Of a stretch of DNA of 64,000 nt, positions 39,442-49,648 are shown piece by piece; within the stretch, counting starts at the first letter, position 1, and the number at the start of each line of letters is the position of its first letter. A program made the position numbers and the translations under genes. The stretch is from the NCBI GenBank assembly GCA_027078545.1, contig JALWXN010000004.1, positions 192,001-256,000 of the forward strand. The letters run 5' to 3'. The notes below the pieces were generated by a model. That model saw nothing but the letters and a program-made list of their open reading frames with translations. It had not been told where the DNA came from and searched no databases. Source of the stretch: Nitrososphaeria archaeon (lineage in GTDB: Archaea; Thermoproteota; Nitrososphaeria; Geothermarchaeales; JDFR-13).

Positions 39442-40707
39442 GTGATGCTCATAAGGGCCGTAGCCATCGTGACGGATAGGAGTAACTTTAGGGAGTTTAG
39501 GGTCTTGGCGGAGGAGGCTGGCTATAGAATCGTCGACACGGTATATGTACGTAGGCTCACGCCACGTGGATTGAGCGAGGCGAAGCTTGAAGAGGTGAAG
39601 GAGGCTGTTAGGCGTAGCCTGGCTGAGGTTGTTCTCTTCGACAAGGAGTTGAAGCCTAAGCATATGTATAACCTGTGGAAACACGTCAATGTCCAGGTTA
39701 GGGATCGTGTGGAGGTGATCCTAGAGATCTTCAGGAGGCATAGCCCCTCTAAGGAGGCTGATCTCCAGATTAAGCTGGCTAGTCTGAACTACGAGCTGGC
39801 TAGGGCTAGGGAGAAGGTTCTCCTAGCCAAGGCTGGTGAGCAGCCGGCCCTCATCATGGGTCCTGGTCAGTACGAGGTGGATAAGTATTACCTCGAGATT
39901 AAGAGGAGGATACAGACTATAAAGAGGAAGCTTGAGGAGGAGCGTAGGAAACGATCTGTACATAGGGATATGAGGAGGCGGCGGGGATATAAGACCATAG
40001 CGATAACTGGCTATACATGCTCGGGGAAGACCACACTATTCAACTATCTCTCCGGGATGTCTATGAAGACTGGTGATGAGCCCTTCACAACACTCTCAAC
40101 GAAGTACTCCCTGTTAAGGATAGGTCTGTGGAAAGTCTATCTCATCGACACCATAGGCTTCATCCAGGATCTTCCCCCATTCGTCATATCCGCATTCTAC
40201 TCAACGTTGGAGGAGGTCTCTGAGGCTGATATTGTATATCTAGTGGTGGACGTCTCCGAGGAGCTGGATAAGGTCTCGGCTAAGCTGGAAACCTCTCTAG
40301 ATATCCTCGACAAGCTTGGGTTTAGGGGTAAGGTCATCATTGTGGGCAACAAGGTTGACCAGATCAATAATATGGAGGCGTTGAAACCGGTTAAGAGCCT
40401 ATTTGACGCGACCGGCCACCCATCCATCTTTATCTCGGCCGCTACTGGTGAGGGGGTTGATAAGCTACTCAGACTGACTGAGGAGCTTCTGGGGACAGGT
40501 GTGGAGATGAGGGTGGAGATCCCATATACGAGGAGGGACTTCTTCGAGATAGTTGGTATGGTGAAGGAGGAGGGTCTCGGCGGCTTCGAGGAGCTGGATG
40601 ATAGGATGGTTTTTAGGGGTAGGCTTCCAGAGCATATCGTGGATAAGCTTATCCATAAAGGTGTTAAGGTCTATGCGGAGGGCCTCCGTTCTACGTCTGG
40701 GGCATAG
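39442..40707 (+). CDS. hflX: GTPase HflX
   Basis: EA.LQ..LA, GPGQ, GYTCSGKTT, FTTL, DTIGFI and NKVD. Confidence 0.95.
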   Translation: MMLIRAVAIVTDRSNFREFRVLAEEAGYRIVDTVYVRRLTPRGLSEAKLEEVKEAVRRSLAEVVLFDKELKPKHMYNLWKHVNVQVRDRVEVILEIFRRHSPSKEADLQIKLASLNYELARAREKVLLAKAGEQPALIMGPGQYEVDKYYLEIKRRIQTIKRKLEEERRKRSVHRDMRRRRGYKTIAITGYTCSGKTTLFNYLSGMSMKTGDEPFTTLSTKYSLLRIGLWKVYLIDTIGFIQDLPPFVISAFYSTLEEVSEADIVYLVVDVSEELDKVSAKLETSLDILDKLGFRGKVIIVGNKVDQINNMEALKPVKSLFDATGHPSIFISAATGEGVDKLLRLTEELLGTGVEMRVEIPYTRRDFFEIVGMVKEEGLGGFEELDDRMVFRGRLPEHIVDKLIHKGVKVYAEGLRSTSGA

Positions 40708-41218
40708 GGTGCCTAGGGATGAGAGGGCATCCACCCACCTAGCCCTGGCGGCACGGGCCCTTGGCGCTGAGGAGCTGATATACTCTGGGGATAGGGATCC
40801 GGAGCTGGAGGCTAAGATCAGGGATGTGGTTGAGAGGTGGGGCGGGGGCTTCAGAATAACATATACCGATAGACCCCTGGAGATCCTTAGGAGATATTCG
40901 GGACAGGGCTATGCCACGGTCCACCTCACGATGTATGGAGTGGGTATAAACGACGTGATGGACTCTATACTCCGGAGGGAGAAGGTACTGGTCATTGTGG
41001 GTGGTGAGAAGGTGCCCCGGATATATTTCGAGGAGGCGGATTATAACGTCGCTGTGGGGTGGCAGCCCCATTCAGAGATAGCCGCCCTAGCAATCTTCCT
41101 AGACCGCTACTTCCAGGGGTGGGAGGTGGATACCGTGGATCCACATCCCCCCACCATCATCCCGATGAAGAGGGGTAAGCTGGTCATAAGGCCTGAGCCG
41201 GGAGGCTCTGATACATAG
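40673..41218 (+). CDS. trm56: tRNA (cytidine56-2'-O)-methyltransferase
   Basis: LRLGHR..RD.R.STH, VHLTMYG, GGEKVP and QPHSEIAALA. Confidence 0.95.
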   Translation: MRRASVLRLGHRVPRDERASTHLALAARALGAEELIYSGDRDPELEAKIRDVVERWGGGFRITYTDRPLEILRRYSGQGYATVHLTMYGVGINDVMDSILRREKVLVIVGGEKVPRIYFEEADYNVAVGWQPHSEIAALAIFLDRYFQGWEVDTVDPHPPTIIPMKRGKLVIRPEPGGSDT

Positions 41219-41266
41219 GCACTATTTAATCAATCATGGCCGCCTGATGATTATTGGGTGGAGTAG

Positions 41267-41815
41267 GTGGAGGAGTGGAACGATAAGAACTCGGCTGTAT
41301 ACGTCTATAAGAAGATTGTAGAGGCGTATAAGGGCCCCCTCGCTGGGAAGATAATCGAGGTCTTGGCTGAGCATGGAGAGCTCACGGAGGATGAGCTGGC
41401 TGAGAAGGTGGGGGCTGACGAGGCCGAGGTTAGGAGGGTTATATGGGTCCTCGCCAGTGAGGGCCTCATAGTTTCGAAGAAGGTTGTCAACGAGACTGGA
41501 TGGATCACCTTCTACTGGCAGCTCCCACTAGACCAGGTGGACGGCCTTGTACTAGGCCTATATAGACATATTATCGATAGGCTGGAGGAGAAGCTCCGGT
41601 ATGAGACGGAGAACATCTTCTACTGGTGTATGGATCCTAACCATAGTAGGCTGACCTTCTCCGAGGCTACTGAGAACATGTTTAGATGCCCCGTCTGTGG
41701 GAAGACTCTGATGCCCTATGACAATAGCGAGTTAATAGCCGCGATCAAGTACTGTATCTCCGAGATGAGGAAGATTATGAAGGACTATTTCGTGGAGGAG
41801 AAGGCTGAGGAGTAG
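41267..41815 (+). CDS. tfe: Transcription factor E alpha
   Basis: wHTH, ETGW..FYW, RL.YE and F.CPVCG. Confidence 0.92.
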   Translation: MEEWNDKNSAVYVYKKIVEAYKGPLAGKIIEVLAEHGELTEDELAEKVGADEAEVRRVIWVLASEGLIVSKKVVNETGWITFYWQLPLDQVDGLVLGLYRHIIDRLEEKLRYETENIFYWCMDPNHSRLTFSEATENMFRCPVCGKTLMPYDNSELIAAIKYCISEMRKIMKDYFVEEKAEE

Positions 41816-41923
41816 GTCCCAACGTCTCTCCACCCCTGTATATAGCTCCAGACCCTGGATAATCCTCCTCTGTTCCTTTATTTAGACCTCTCAAAATAGA
41901 TAATATGAGGTGTCGAGGGGGAA

Positions 41924-42391
41924 ATGCCTACATGGGGATATAGTTTCAGGATACCGGAGGAGGAGAAGGAGAAATATGTGAAGGCTAGTTTAAGGGAGGT
42001 CTCCATATCGCCTAAACACGCCGTGGAGATCGCCCGGGAGATTAGGGGTATGTATCTAGAGGAGGCTAGGCGTTTCCTAGAGGATGTCGTTGCGATGAGG
42101 AGGCCGGTGGCCTTCAAGAGATATAAGAAGAAGGTTCCCCATAGGAGGGGGCTTAACAAGTGGTATGCTGGTAGATACCCTGTTAAGGCGGCGAAGTACT
42201 TCCTGAGGCTCCTAGACAACCTAGCTAACAACGCTGAGAATAACGATCTAGATATTGAGAGGCTGAAGATAGTCCACTGCGCAGCCCATAGGGGTAGGAA
42301 GATTAGGAAGTATATTCCCCGTGCATTTGGCCGCTCCTCCCCATACTTCGATAAGCTCGTCCATGTGGAGATTGTAGCTAAGGAGGTGTAG
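41924..42391 (+). CDS. rpl22: 50S ribosomal protein uL22
   Basis: ISPKH, GRYPVKAA and PRAFGR. Confidence 0.97.
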   Translation: MPTWGYSFRIPEEEKEKYVKASLREVSISPKHAVEIAREIRGMYLEEARRFLEDVVAMRRPVAFKRYKKKVPHRRGLNKWYAGRYPVKAAKYFLRLLDNLANNAENNDLDIERLKIVHCAAHRGRKIRKYIPRAFGRSSPYFDKLVHVEIVAKEV

Positions 42392-42395
42392 ACTG

Positions 42396-43052
42396 GTGGC
42401 GATGGAGAAGAGTATGGATAGTATTAAGCAGATACTGAGTAGGAATAGGAAGGCCATGCTCCTGGACGAGTGGCTGGCTAAGGAGCTGGTCAACGCTGGG
42501 TATTCACGGGTATCCGTCGTGGCATCGCCTAAGGAGGGGCTGGGCACTAAGATCACGATCTATGCTGCCAGGCCTAGCCTGGTGATAGGGCGTAGGGGTA
42601 GCAGGGTGAGGGAGCTTGTTAAGAAGATCGAGGAGGTCTTCGGCTATAAGAATGTAAACATTACTGTTCAGGAGGTGGAGGAGCCGGAGCTCGACCCTAG
42701 GATAATGGCCTGGCAGATAGAGAGGCAGCTGACTAGGGGTGTCCGATACAGAAGAGTAGGGATCTGGGCTATCAACGTCATCAAGAATGCTGGTGCATAT
42801 GCGGCGGAGATCGTCATATCCGGTAAGCTCAGGACTGTCAGGGCAGCCTATCAGAAGTTTAAGTCTGGGGATATTCTGAAGAGTGGGGAGCTGGCCGAGA
42901 GGCTTGTGGAGACGGCTAAGAGGCCGGTCCTAACCAAATATGGTATAATCGGTGTCAAGGTATCAATTATGAGGCAGTCCTTGAAGGATTATCTCGAGTC
43001 TCTAGAGGGTGGTGGTGATGAAGAGTCTGGAGGAGTTGAGGGAGAAGAGTAA
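42396..43052 (+). CDS. rps3: 30S ribosomal protein uS3
   Basis: RPSLVIGRRG, PELDP and ISGKL. Confidence 0.96.
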   Translation: MAMEKSMDSIKQILSRNRKAMLLDEWLAKELVNAGYSRVSVVASPKEGLGTKITIYAARPSLVIGRRGSRVRELVKKIEEVFGYKNVNITVQEVEEPELDPRIMAWQIERQLTRGVRYRRVGIWAINVIKNAGAYAAEIVISGKLRTVRAAYQKFKSGDILKSGELAERLVETAKRPVLTKYGIIGVKVSIMRQSLKDYLESLEGGGDEESGGVEGEE

Positions 43053-43218
43053 CGAGGAGTTGATAGAGATCCTGCTTGAGCTGGAGGAGGAGCTCTTCAG
43101 GATCAGGAGGGTTATAGCCTCCGGTGGACAGGTGGAGAAGCCCGGAAGGGTTAAGCATATCCGTCGGCAGAGGGCTAGGATACTAACTATTCTTAGGGAG
43201 AGGGGTGTAAAGCTATGA
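43018..43218 (+). CDS. rpl29: 50S ribosomal protein uL29
   Basis: ELR and PGRVK.IRR..ARILT. Confidence 0.93.
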   Translation: MKSLEELREKSNEELIEILLELEEELFRIRRVIASGGQVEKPGRVKHIRRQRARILTILRERGVKL

Positions 43219-43469
43219 AGACGCTGTATGAGAAGACGCTTACAGGTAGGGAGGTCGAGATAATATCGTCCCCGGATAGGGGGCTGGTAGGGCTGAGAGG
43301 GATGGTCCTGCTTGAGCAGGAGAACATGCTCCATATCAGGGTTGGGAGTAGGGTTGTGAGGATTCCTAAGAAGGATCTAGTTCTAAAGGTTTATGAGGAT
43401 AGTTCGTATAGAATCTTGTCGTATCCAGAGTTTGAGGGTAGCTATATAAGGAGGTTGAAGAGGCTATGA
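43215..43469 (+). CDS. rnp1: RNase P protein Rpp29
   Basis: G..VEI..S....VGLRG.V..E..NML and IPK; position between uL29 and uS17. Confidence 0.85.
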   Translation: MKTLYEKTLTGREVEIISSPDRGLVGLRGMVLLEQENMLHIRVGSRVVRIPKKDLVLKVYEDSSYRILSYPEFEGSYIRRLKRL

Positions 43470-43810
43470 AGGCTGGTAGTAAGGTTCGAGACCCGGGTCT
43501 GGGCTTCCCCCTGCCTAAGAAGACGTGTAACGATCCGAACTGTCCATATCATGGGACGCTTAAGGTCAGGGGTATACTCCTGGAGGGTAGGGTAGTCAGT
43601 GCTAAGATGAATAAGGCGGCCGTCATTATGCGTGAATATCTCCACTATGTGAAGAAGTATAGGAGGTATGAGCGTAGGAGGAGTAGGATCACGGTATATG
43701 TCCCCCCATGTATAGATGTCTTCGAGGGGGATGAGGTGGTCGCTGGGGAGTGTAGACCGATAAGTAAAACTATATCTTTTGTCGTGGTGTATAACAAGAG
43801 CCGAGGGTGA
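43466..43810 (+). CDS. rps17: 30S ribosomal protein uS17
   Basis: CNDPNCPYHG and GECRPISKT. Confidence 0.97.
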   Translation: MKAGSKVRDPGLGFPLPKKTCNDPNCPYHGTLKVRGILLEGRVVSAKMNKAAVIMREYLHYVKKYRRYERRRSRITVYVPPCIDVFEGDEVVAGECRPISKTISFVVVYNKSRG

Positions 43811-44235
43811 TCGTGATGGGGAGGATACTCTATGGTGTATTGGTTAAGAGGCAGAGGATAACAAGGGCTGTCCCTGTGGGCAGCATAGTCAACTGTGCAG
43901 ACAATAGTGGTGCCAAGAAGCTTAAGGTTATCCAGGTGGTTGGGTATAAGGGTAGGCTGAAGAAGAGGCCAGCCGCCTGTGTGGGGGATCATATCAAGGT
44001 TAGCGTGTATCAGGGCCCCTATAGGCTGAGGAAGCAGGTTCTAGACGCTGTTCTGGTTAGGCAGAAGTTCCCGATTAGGAGGCCTGACGGTACTAGGGTT
44101 ATGTTTGAGGATAATGCTGCGGTATTGATAACGCCTGAGGGTAATCCGATGGGGACTGAGATAAAAGGTCCGATAGCGAAGGAGGCCGCGGATCTCTGGT
44201 CCCGTATAGCTAGTATGGCTACTATCATCGTTTGA
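43807..44235 (+). CDS. rpl14: 50S ribosomal protein uL14
   Basis: CADNSGAK and FEDNAAV. Confidence 0.97.
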   Translation: MIVMGRILYGVLVKRQRITRAVPVGSIVNCADNSGAKKLKVIQVVGYKGRLKKRPAACVGDHIKVSVYQGPYRLRKQVLDAVLVRQKFPIRRPDGTRVMFEDNAAVLITPEGNPMGTEIKGPIAKEAADLWSRIASMATIIV

Positions 44236-44246
44236 CGGTGGGGTGT

Positions 44247-44621
44247 ATGGCTAGTAAACAGTATAGTAAGAAGCCTTCTAAGCAGAGGAAGCGGTTCTTC
44301 AACGCGCCTAACCATAGGAGGGCCAAGATAATGTCTGTCCACCTATCCCCAGAGCTTAGGGAGAAGTATGGCCGCCGCTCCTTCCCGGTGAGGGTCGGCG
44401 ACACCGTGAGGATAATGAGGGGTGACCATAAAGGTGTGGAGGGCAAGGTGATCAGGGTTGATAGGAAGAAGTATAGGGTTTATATCGAGAACGTGTATAG
44501 GGAGAATAGCCGTGGTGAGAGGGTGAACATCCCTATCCACTACTCCAACGTGATGCTTGTGGATATTGATCTATCTGATGAGTGGAGGCGTAGGAAGCTG
44601 GAGGGTGGTGAAGGTGGCTAG
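44247..44621 (+). CDS. rpl24: 50S ribosomal protein uL24
   Basis: KPSKQRK..FNAP and GDTVRIMRG. Confidence 0.96.
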   Translation: MASKQYSKKPSKQRKRFFNAPNHRRAKIMSVHLSPELREKYGRRSFPVRVGDTVRIMRGDHKGVEGKVIRVDRKKYRVYIENVYRENSRGERVNIPIHYSNVMLVDIDLSDEWRRRKLEGGEGG

Positions 44622-45348
44622 GAAGGGTGGTAGGAGGGCTCTCAAGAGGCTGGCAGCCCCTATTACATATAGGGTTCCCAGGAAGACTGGTAAGTGGGTT
44701 GTTAAGGCGTCTCCCGGCCCTCATCCGGCGGATAAGTCTATCCCCTTGGCTATACTCCTCAGGGATGTCCTAGGCATAGCTAAGAACCTACGTGAGGTCC
44801 GGTATATACTTAGGAAGGGATATGTAAAGGTTGATGGCCGCCCCATAGCGGATTATAGGTGGCCAGTAGGCCTGATGGATGTTATAGAGCTGACACCTGT
44901 CAATAGGTTCTATAGGATCCTACCGGCGAAGAAGTATTTGATTCAGCCGGTGGAGATTGGGGCTGAGGAGTCGTCTATAAAGCCTCTCAGGATAAAGGTA
45001 AAGACGATGGTTAAGGGTGGTAAGATACAGCTCACGATGCATGATGGGAGGAACTTCCTTGTGGAGCCTGATACCGACCTGGCTAAGCTGAAGCCTGGGG
45101 ACTCCATCATATATGACCTTGTGAAGAGGGAGGTTTTGGAGACTCTCCCACTCTCAGAGGGCTATCTAGGACTTGTTACTGGTGGTAGTAAGATAGGGGT
45201 TGTCGGTGAGATCAAGGGTATTAGGAAGCCAGACCCGTTGAAGCCTAGGCTTGTGAAGCTGGCTACAGATCTGTATGGAGAGTTTGAGACTGTCTTTGAC
45301 TATGTCTTCGTGGTTGGTAGGGATAAGCCATACATCAGTATTCCGTGA
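44614..45348 (+). CDS. rps4e: 30S ribosomal protein eS4
   Basis: LKRLAAP, PGPH, VGLMDVI and HDGRN. Confidence 0.96.
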   Translation: MARKGGRRALKRLAAPITYRVPRKTGKWVVKASPGPHPADKSIPLAILLRDVLGIAKNLREVRYILRKGYVKVDGRPIADYRWPVGLMDVIELTPVNRFYRILPAKKYLIQPVEIGAEESSIKPLRIKVKTMVKGGKIQLTMHDGRNFLVEPDTDLAKLKPGDSIIYDLVKREVLETLPLSEGYLGLVTGGSKIGVVGEIKGIRKPDPLKPRLVKLATDLYGEFETVFDYVFVVGRDKPYISIP

Positions 45349-45359
45349 GGTGGTTTGGG

Positions 45360-45899
45360 ATGTCCGTGGAGGGTAGTGTGGAGAAGAAGAGAAATGTGAT
45401 GGAGGAGGTACGTGTGGAGAAGGTTGTTGTGCATATCTCTGTAGGTGGTGACTGGGAGCGTCTCCAGAAGGCTGTCAAGCTCCTCGAGACCCTGACTGGT
45501 AGGAAGCCCGTTGTTAGGAGGGCTAAGAAGACTATTAAGGCATTTGGGATTAGTAGGAAGCAGCCTATATCGACCATGGTTACCCTGAGGGGTGAGGAGG
45601 CGGAGGAGTTTCTGAAGAGGGCTTTGGAGGCTGTCGATAATAAGATCAAGGCATCGTCCTTCGACGGGATGGGTAATGTGGCCTTCGGGATAAAGGAGCA
45701 TCTGATGCTTCCAGGCGTAAAGTATGATCCGGAGATTGGGGTATTCGGTATGGATGTGATTGTCCACCTAGTCAAGCCGGGCTATAGGGTTAAGCTTAGG
45801 AGGTATAGGCGGTCAAGGCTGGGTAAGAGGAACATAGTTACTAAGGAGGAGGCCATAGAATTTATGCGTAGCCGGTTCGGAGTGGAGGTGGTTGAGTGA
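45360..45899 (+). CDS. rpl5: 50S ribosomal protein uL5
   Basis: [19 protein letters not shown] and YDPEIG.FGMD. Confidence 0.97.
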   Translation: MSVEGSVEKKRNVMEEVRVEKVVVHISVGGDWERLQKAVKLLETLTGRKPVVRRAKKTIKAFGISRKQPISTMVTLRGEEAEEFLKRALEAVDNKIKASSFDGMGNVAFGIKEHLMLPGVKYDPEIGVFGMDVIVHLVKPGYRVKLRRYRRSRLGKRNIVTKEEAIEFMRSRFGVEVVE

Positions 45900-46057
45900 T
45901 GGGGATTAAACATGTGGAGAGGAGGTATGGAAAGGGTAGTAGGAGATGTATAAGATGTGGGACCCATGTAGCGGTTATCCAGAAGTATAAATTGATGCTG
46001 TGTCGGAGATGTTTTAGGGAGGTTGCATACGAACTCGGCTTTAAGAAGTATATGTAG
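45899..46057 (+). CDS. rps14: 30S ribosomal protein uS14 (absent from the ORF track, 52 aa)
   Basis: Translated by hand: [21 protein letters not shown]...[19 protein letters not shown]. Confidence 0.96.
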   Translation: MGIKHVERRYGKGSRRCIRCGTHVAVIQKYKLMLCRRCFREVAYELGFKKYM

Positions 46058-46069
46058 GGTGGTGCCGAG

Positions 46070-46462
46070 ATGGTGCAGCTAGACATCATTAGTAATATGA
46101 TGTCGGCGATCAAGAATGCGGAGGCTGTTAGGAAGAAGGAGGTAGTTATATATCCAGCCTCCAAGTTCGCCCTCGAGATTCTTAAGCTGCTCAAGAGGGA
46201 GGGGTATATAGAGGATTTCCAGCTGATTGAGGATGGCCGTGGAAACAAGATCCGAATACTCCTGAACGGCTATATCAACGACTGTAAGGCGATCAAGCCG
46301 CGTTTCCCCGTAAGTAAGGATGAGATTCCTGAATATGTGAAGCAGTTCCTCCCGTCGAGGGATATAGGGATACTTATAATCTCAACCCCACAGGGTGTGA
46401 TGACTCATAACGAGTGTCTGGAGAAGGGTATTGGTGGAGTGTTGGTGGCATATGTATACTGA
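46070..46462 (+). CDS. rps8: 30S ribosomal protein uS8
   Basis: IKNAE, EDGR, IKPRFPV and STPQGVMTH. Confidence 0.97.
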   Translation: MVQLDIISNMMSAIKNAEAVRKKEVVIYPASKFALEILKLLKREGYIEDFQLIEDGRGNKIRILLNGYINDCKAIKPRFPVSKDEIPEYVKQFLPSRDIGILIISTPQGVMTHNECLEKGIGGVLVAYVY

Positions 46463-46475
46463 GGAGGTGGCTGGG

Positions 46476-47036
46476 ATGGCGGAGAAGATACATAGGGATT
46501 ATATAGAGATACCCGAGGGGATTGAGGTAGAGGTTGTGGGGGGTAAGAAGGTCGTTGTACGTGGGCCGAAGGGAAGTATTGAGAAGGACTTCTCTAAGAC
46601 ACCTGCATACCTAGGCCTCGAGAATGGTAAGGTTGTTGTGGAGGTTAGGTGGAAGGGGAAGAGGGGATTCGCCCTGCTAAACACGATTCTGAGCCATCTC
46701 AAGAACATGTTTACAGGGGTGACTAAGGGCTATGTCTATAAGCTGAAGGCCTACTACATCCACTTCCCGATAGATGTCTACGTCGATGGTGATTATGTGG
46801 TTATCAAGAACTTCGTGGGTGAGAGGGGTCTTAGAAAGGCTAGGATACTCCCGGGTGTCAAGGTGGAGGTCGTCAAGAAGGGCGGGGATATAGACCTGAT
46901 AGTCACCGGGATTGATAAGGAGGCTGTTGGGCAGACGGCCGCCAATATAATGCAGGCCACGAAGATTAAGAATAAGGATCCCCGTGTATTCTTGGACGGG
47001 ATATATCTATATGAGAAGGGTGTCGGCGATGGTTAG
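46476..47036 (+). CDS. rpl6: 50S ribosomal protein uL6
   Basis: GPKG, HFPI, KNFVGE and DPRVFLDGIY. Confidence 0.97.
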   Translation: MAEKIHRDYIEIPEGIEVEVVGGKKVVVRGPKGSIEKDFSKTPAYLGLENGKVVVEVRWKGKRGFALLNTILSHLKNMFTGVTKGYVYKLKAYYIHFPIDVYVDGDYVVIKNFVGERGLRKARILPGVKVEVVKKGGDIDLIVTGIDKEAVGQTAANIMQATKIKNKDPRVFLDGIYLYEKGVGDG

Positions 47037-47433
47037 GAAGAGGCCCAGACTTACGGAGGAGGAGAGGAGGCTTCTCGAGCTTAGGAATGAGATGAATAGG
47101 TCGAGGCCTGAGTTTATAAGGCAGGAGAGCTGGCGATATGTCCGTGTGAAGGAGAGTTGGCGTAGGCCACGTGGTATAGATAGTAAGATGCGTCTCAAGA
47201 AGAAGGGTAAGCCGCCCCTAGTCTCGATAGGCTATAGGGGGCCTAGGCTTGTGAGGGGGCGCCACCCAACAGGTTTTGAGGAGGTATTGGTGTATAACCC
47301 GGATGACCTGGATAAGGTGGATCCTGAGAGGCAGGCCGTCAGGATAGCCGGCTCTGTAGGTAGGAAGAAGAGGATGGAAATAATAGCCAAGGCAGACTCA
47401 CTAGGTATTGTGGTTCTGAATAGGAGGTTGTAG
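47029..47433 (+). CDS. rpl32e: 50S ribosomal protein eL32
   Basis: WRRPRGIDSKMR and RGRHPTG. Confidence 0.97.
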   Translation: MVRKRPRLTEEERRLLELRNEMNRSRPEFIRQESWRYVRVKESWRRPRGIDSKMRLKKKGKPPLVSIGYRGPRLVRGRHPTGFEEVLVYNPDDLDKVDPERQAVRIAGSVGRKKRMEIIAKADSLGIVVLNRRL

Positions 47434-47437
47434 GGCC

Positions 47438-47869
47438 ATGCCTAACCTGAGGAGTAAGAGGGAGCTTATAGCTAGGTATCTAGGCGTGGGTGTGGATAGG
47501 GTATGGATAGACCCTGAGAATGCGGAGGAGGTTCTCGACATCGATACTAGGGAGGATGTGAGGATACTGCTGAGGAGGGGTATTGTAAAGGTTAAGCCGG
47601 TGAAGGGGCAGAAGCATGTGGTGGAGAAGAAGAAGCGTGGATATGGTAGTAAGAAGGGTAAGAAGACTGCTAGGGCTCCTAGGAAGAGGCTCTGGATCGA
47701 GAGGGTCCGTGCTCAGAGGAAGCTGCTTAGATACCTTAGGGATAAGGGGTTGATAACTAGGAGGGAGTACCGCACACTGTATATGCGTGTGAAGGGTGGT
47801 ATGTTTAGGAGTAAGGTCCACCTCCTAGAGTATATTAAGGAGCATATCTGGAGGGTTAGGGGTGAGTAG
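47438..47869 (+). CDS. rpl19e: 50S ribosomal protein eL19
   Basis: VG..RVWIDP, GSKKG and WI..VR..R. Confidence 0.96.
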   Translation: MPNLRSKRELIARYLGVGVDRVWIDPENAEEVLDIDTREDVRILLRRGIVKVKPVKGQKHVVEKKKRGYGSKKGKKTARAPRKRLWIERVRAQRKLLRYLRDKGLITRREYRTLYMRVKGGMFRSKVHLLEYIKEHIWRVRGE

Positions 47870-47871
47870 GT

Positions 47872-48483
47872 ATGCCGGGTGCTAAGGGGCCTAACTACGT
47901 GGTTAAGTTTAGGCGTTTGAGGGAGAGGAGGACCAACTATAGGCTTAGATATAAGCTCCTGAAGAGTGGGCTTCCCTTCTTCATTGTTAGGCGTAGCCTT
48001 AGATATGTATATGTATCGATAGCCGAGCCCGCGATAGGTGGGGATAAGACCCTCTTAACGGTCTCCTCCAAGATACTGCGTAGATATGGCTTCCCAGCCC
48101 TGAAGAATACATCAGCAGCATATCTGACGGGCTATATAGCTGGGAGGATGGCTCTCCAGAAGGGTGTTGAGAAGGCTATTGTGAACCTGGGCTATGCATG
48201 GACGAAGAGGGCCTCCATACCCTTCGCCGCAGCTATGGGGGCTATTGATGCTGGTCTGGAGATCCCTCTTGGTGAGGAGAAGGAGGTGGACTGGTCTAGG
48301 ATTAGGGGTGAGCATATAGCTAGCTATGCTGAGAGGCTTAGGGAGGAGGATGAGGAGCTGTATAAGAAGAGGTTCTCGAAATATTTGGAGCAGGGCGTTA
48401 AGCCTGAGGATCTACCAAAAATATTTGACGAGGTGTTGGAGAAGATTAAGATGGAGTATGGGGGTGTAGAGGATGGCGAATAG
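47872..48483 (+). CDS. rpl18: 50S ribosomal protein uL18
   Basis: GP.Y.V.FRR.RE..TNY, NTSAAYLTG and RIRGEHI. Confidence 0.96.
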   Translation: MPGAKGPNYVVKFRRLRERRTNYRLRYKLLKSGLPFFIVRRSLRYVYVSIAEPAIGGDKTLLTVSSKILRRYGFPALKNTSAAYLTGYIAGRMALQKGVEKAIVNLGYAWTKRASIPFAAAMGAIDAGLEIPLGEEKEVDWSRIRGEHIASYAERLREEDEELYKKRFSKYLEQGVKPEDLPKIFDEVLEKIKMEYGGVEDGE

Positions 48484-49117
48484 GGTTGAGCCGCCTAATC
48501 TAGAGGAGTGGGAGCCTAAGACGAAGCTTGGGCAGATGGTAAAGTCTCAGATGATCTATTCATACGACTATATCCTGAAGAATGGCTATGTGGTGAAGGA
48601 GCCGGAGATTGTTAAGCTACTGGTCCCTAACCTGGAGTATGAGGTCTTGGAGGTTAGGCTTGTCCAGAAGATGACTGACTCGGGTAGGAGGACGAAGTTC
48701 AGGGCTCTGGTAGTGGTGGGTAATAGGGATGGCCTTATAGGTGCTGGTGTGGGTAAGGCTCGTGAGGTTCCGGAGGCTATTAACAAGGCGTTGAATAACG
48801 CCCTCCTCAACCTGGTCCCGGTTAAGCGTGGATGTGGCAGCTGGGAGTGTGGATGTGGCACCAACCATTCACTGGCCCATGCCTCCAAGGGTAGCTGGGG
48901 TAGTGTGGAGGTCACGCTTAGGCCTGGACCTAGGGGGCTAGGAATAGTTGCTGGTGAGACTGCGAAGAAGGTTATCCAGCTTGCTGGTGTGGAGGATGTA
49001 TGGGCGATTGCCTTTGGGGAGACTAGGACGCCTATATCATTCGCGATGGCTACCTATGACGCCCTGAGGAATACGTATAAGACTGTTTACCTACCTAGGA
49101 AGAAGGAGGTTGAGTAG
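48473..49117 (+). CDS. rps5: 30S ribosomal protein uS5
   Basis: VQKMTDSGRR and RGCGSWEC. Confidence 0.97.
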   Translation: MANRVEPPNLEEWEPKTKLGQMVKSQMIYSYDYILKNGYVVKEPEIVKLLVPNLEYEVLEVRLVQKMTDSGRRTKFRALVVVGNRDGLIGAGVGKAREVPEAINKALNNALLNLVPVKRGCGSWECGCGTNHSLAHASKGSWGSVEVTLRPGPRGLGIVAGETAKKVIQLAGVEDVWAIAFGETRTPISFAMATYDALRNTYKTVYLPRKKEVE

Positions 49118-49120
49118 CCC

Positions 49121-49585
49121 ATGCCCTCTCTACTAGTGATTAGGATTAGGGGCCAGCCTGATGTGAGGTATGACATTAAGGAGACCCTTAGGAGGTTTAG
49201 GCTGTTTAAGAAGTTCCACGCAACGATTGTCAGGGACACTCCTGAGATCCTAGGGATGTTGAAGAAGGTTGAGAACTATGTTGCATATGGCCCGGTCTCT
49301 CCGGAGGTTATTAAGGAGCTCCTGCTTAAGAGGGGGCGGCTAATAGGGAATAAGCCGTTGACAGAGGAATATGTGAGGGAGAAGCTGGGGATGAGTATTG
49401 ACGAGTTGGCTGAGAAGATCTATAATGGGGAGCTTAGCCTGAAGGATATCCCTGGCCTGAAGCCGGTCTTCCGTCTACACCCACCCCGGGGAGGCTTCAA
49501 AAGGTCTACCAAGCTCCATGTCAAGATGGGTGGGGAGCTGGGTAGGAGGGACGATATAGAGAAGCTTGTCGTCAGGATGGTCTGA
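49121..49585 (+). CDS. rpl30: 50S ribosomal protein uL30
   Basis: IRIRG and FRLHPPRGG. Confidence 0.96.
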   Translation: MPSLLVIRIRGQPDVRYDIKETLRRFRLFKKFHATIVRDTPEILGMLKKVENYVAYGPVSPEVIKELLLKRGRLIGNKPLTEEYVREKLGMSIDELAEKIYNGELSLKDIPGLKPVFRLHPPRGGFKRSTKLHVKMGGELGRRDDIEKLVVRMV

Positions 49586-49648
49586 ATCGAATTTATTTAC
49601 CTACTCAGCTCTTTAGGAAATTATAAATAATTAGATGGGTGAGTCGGG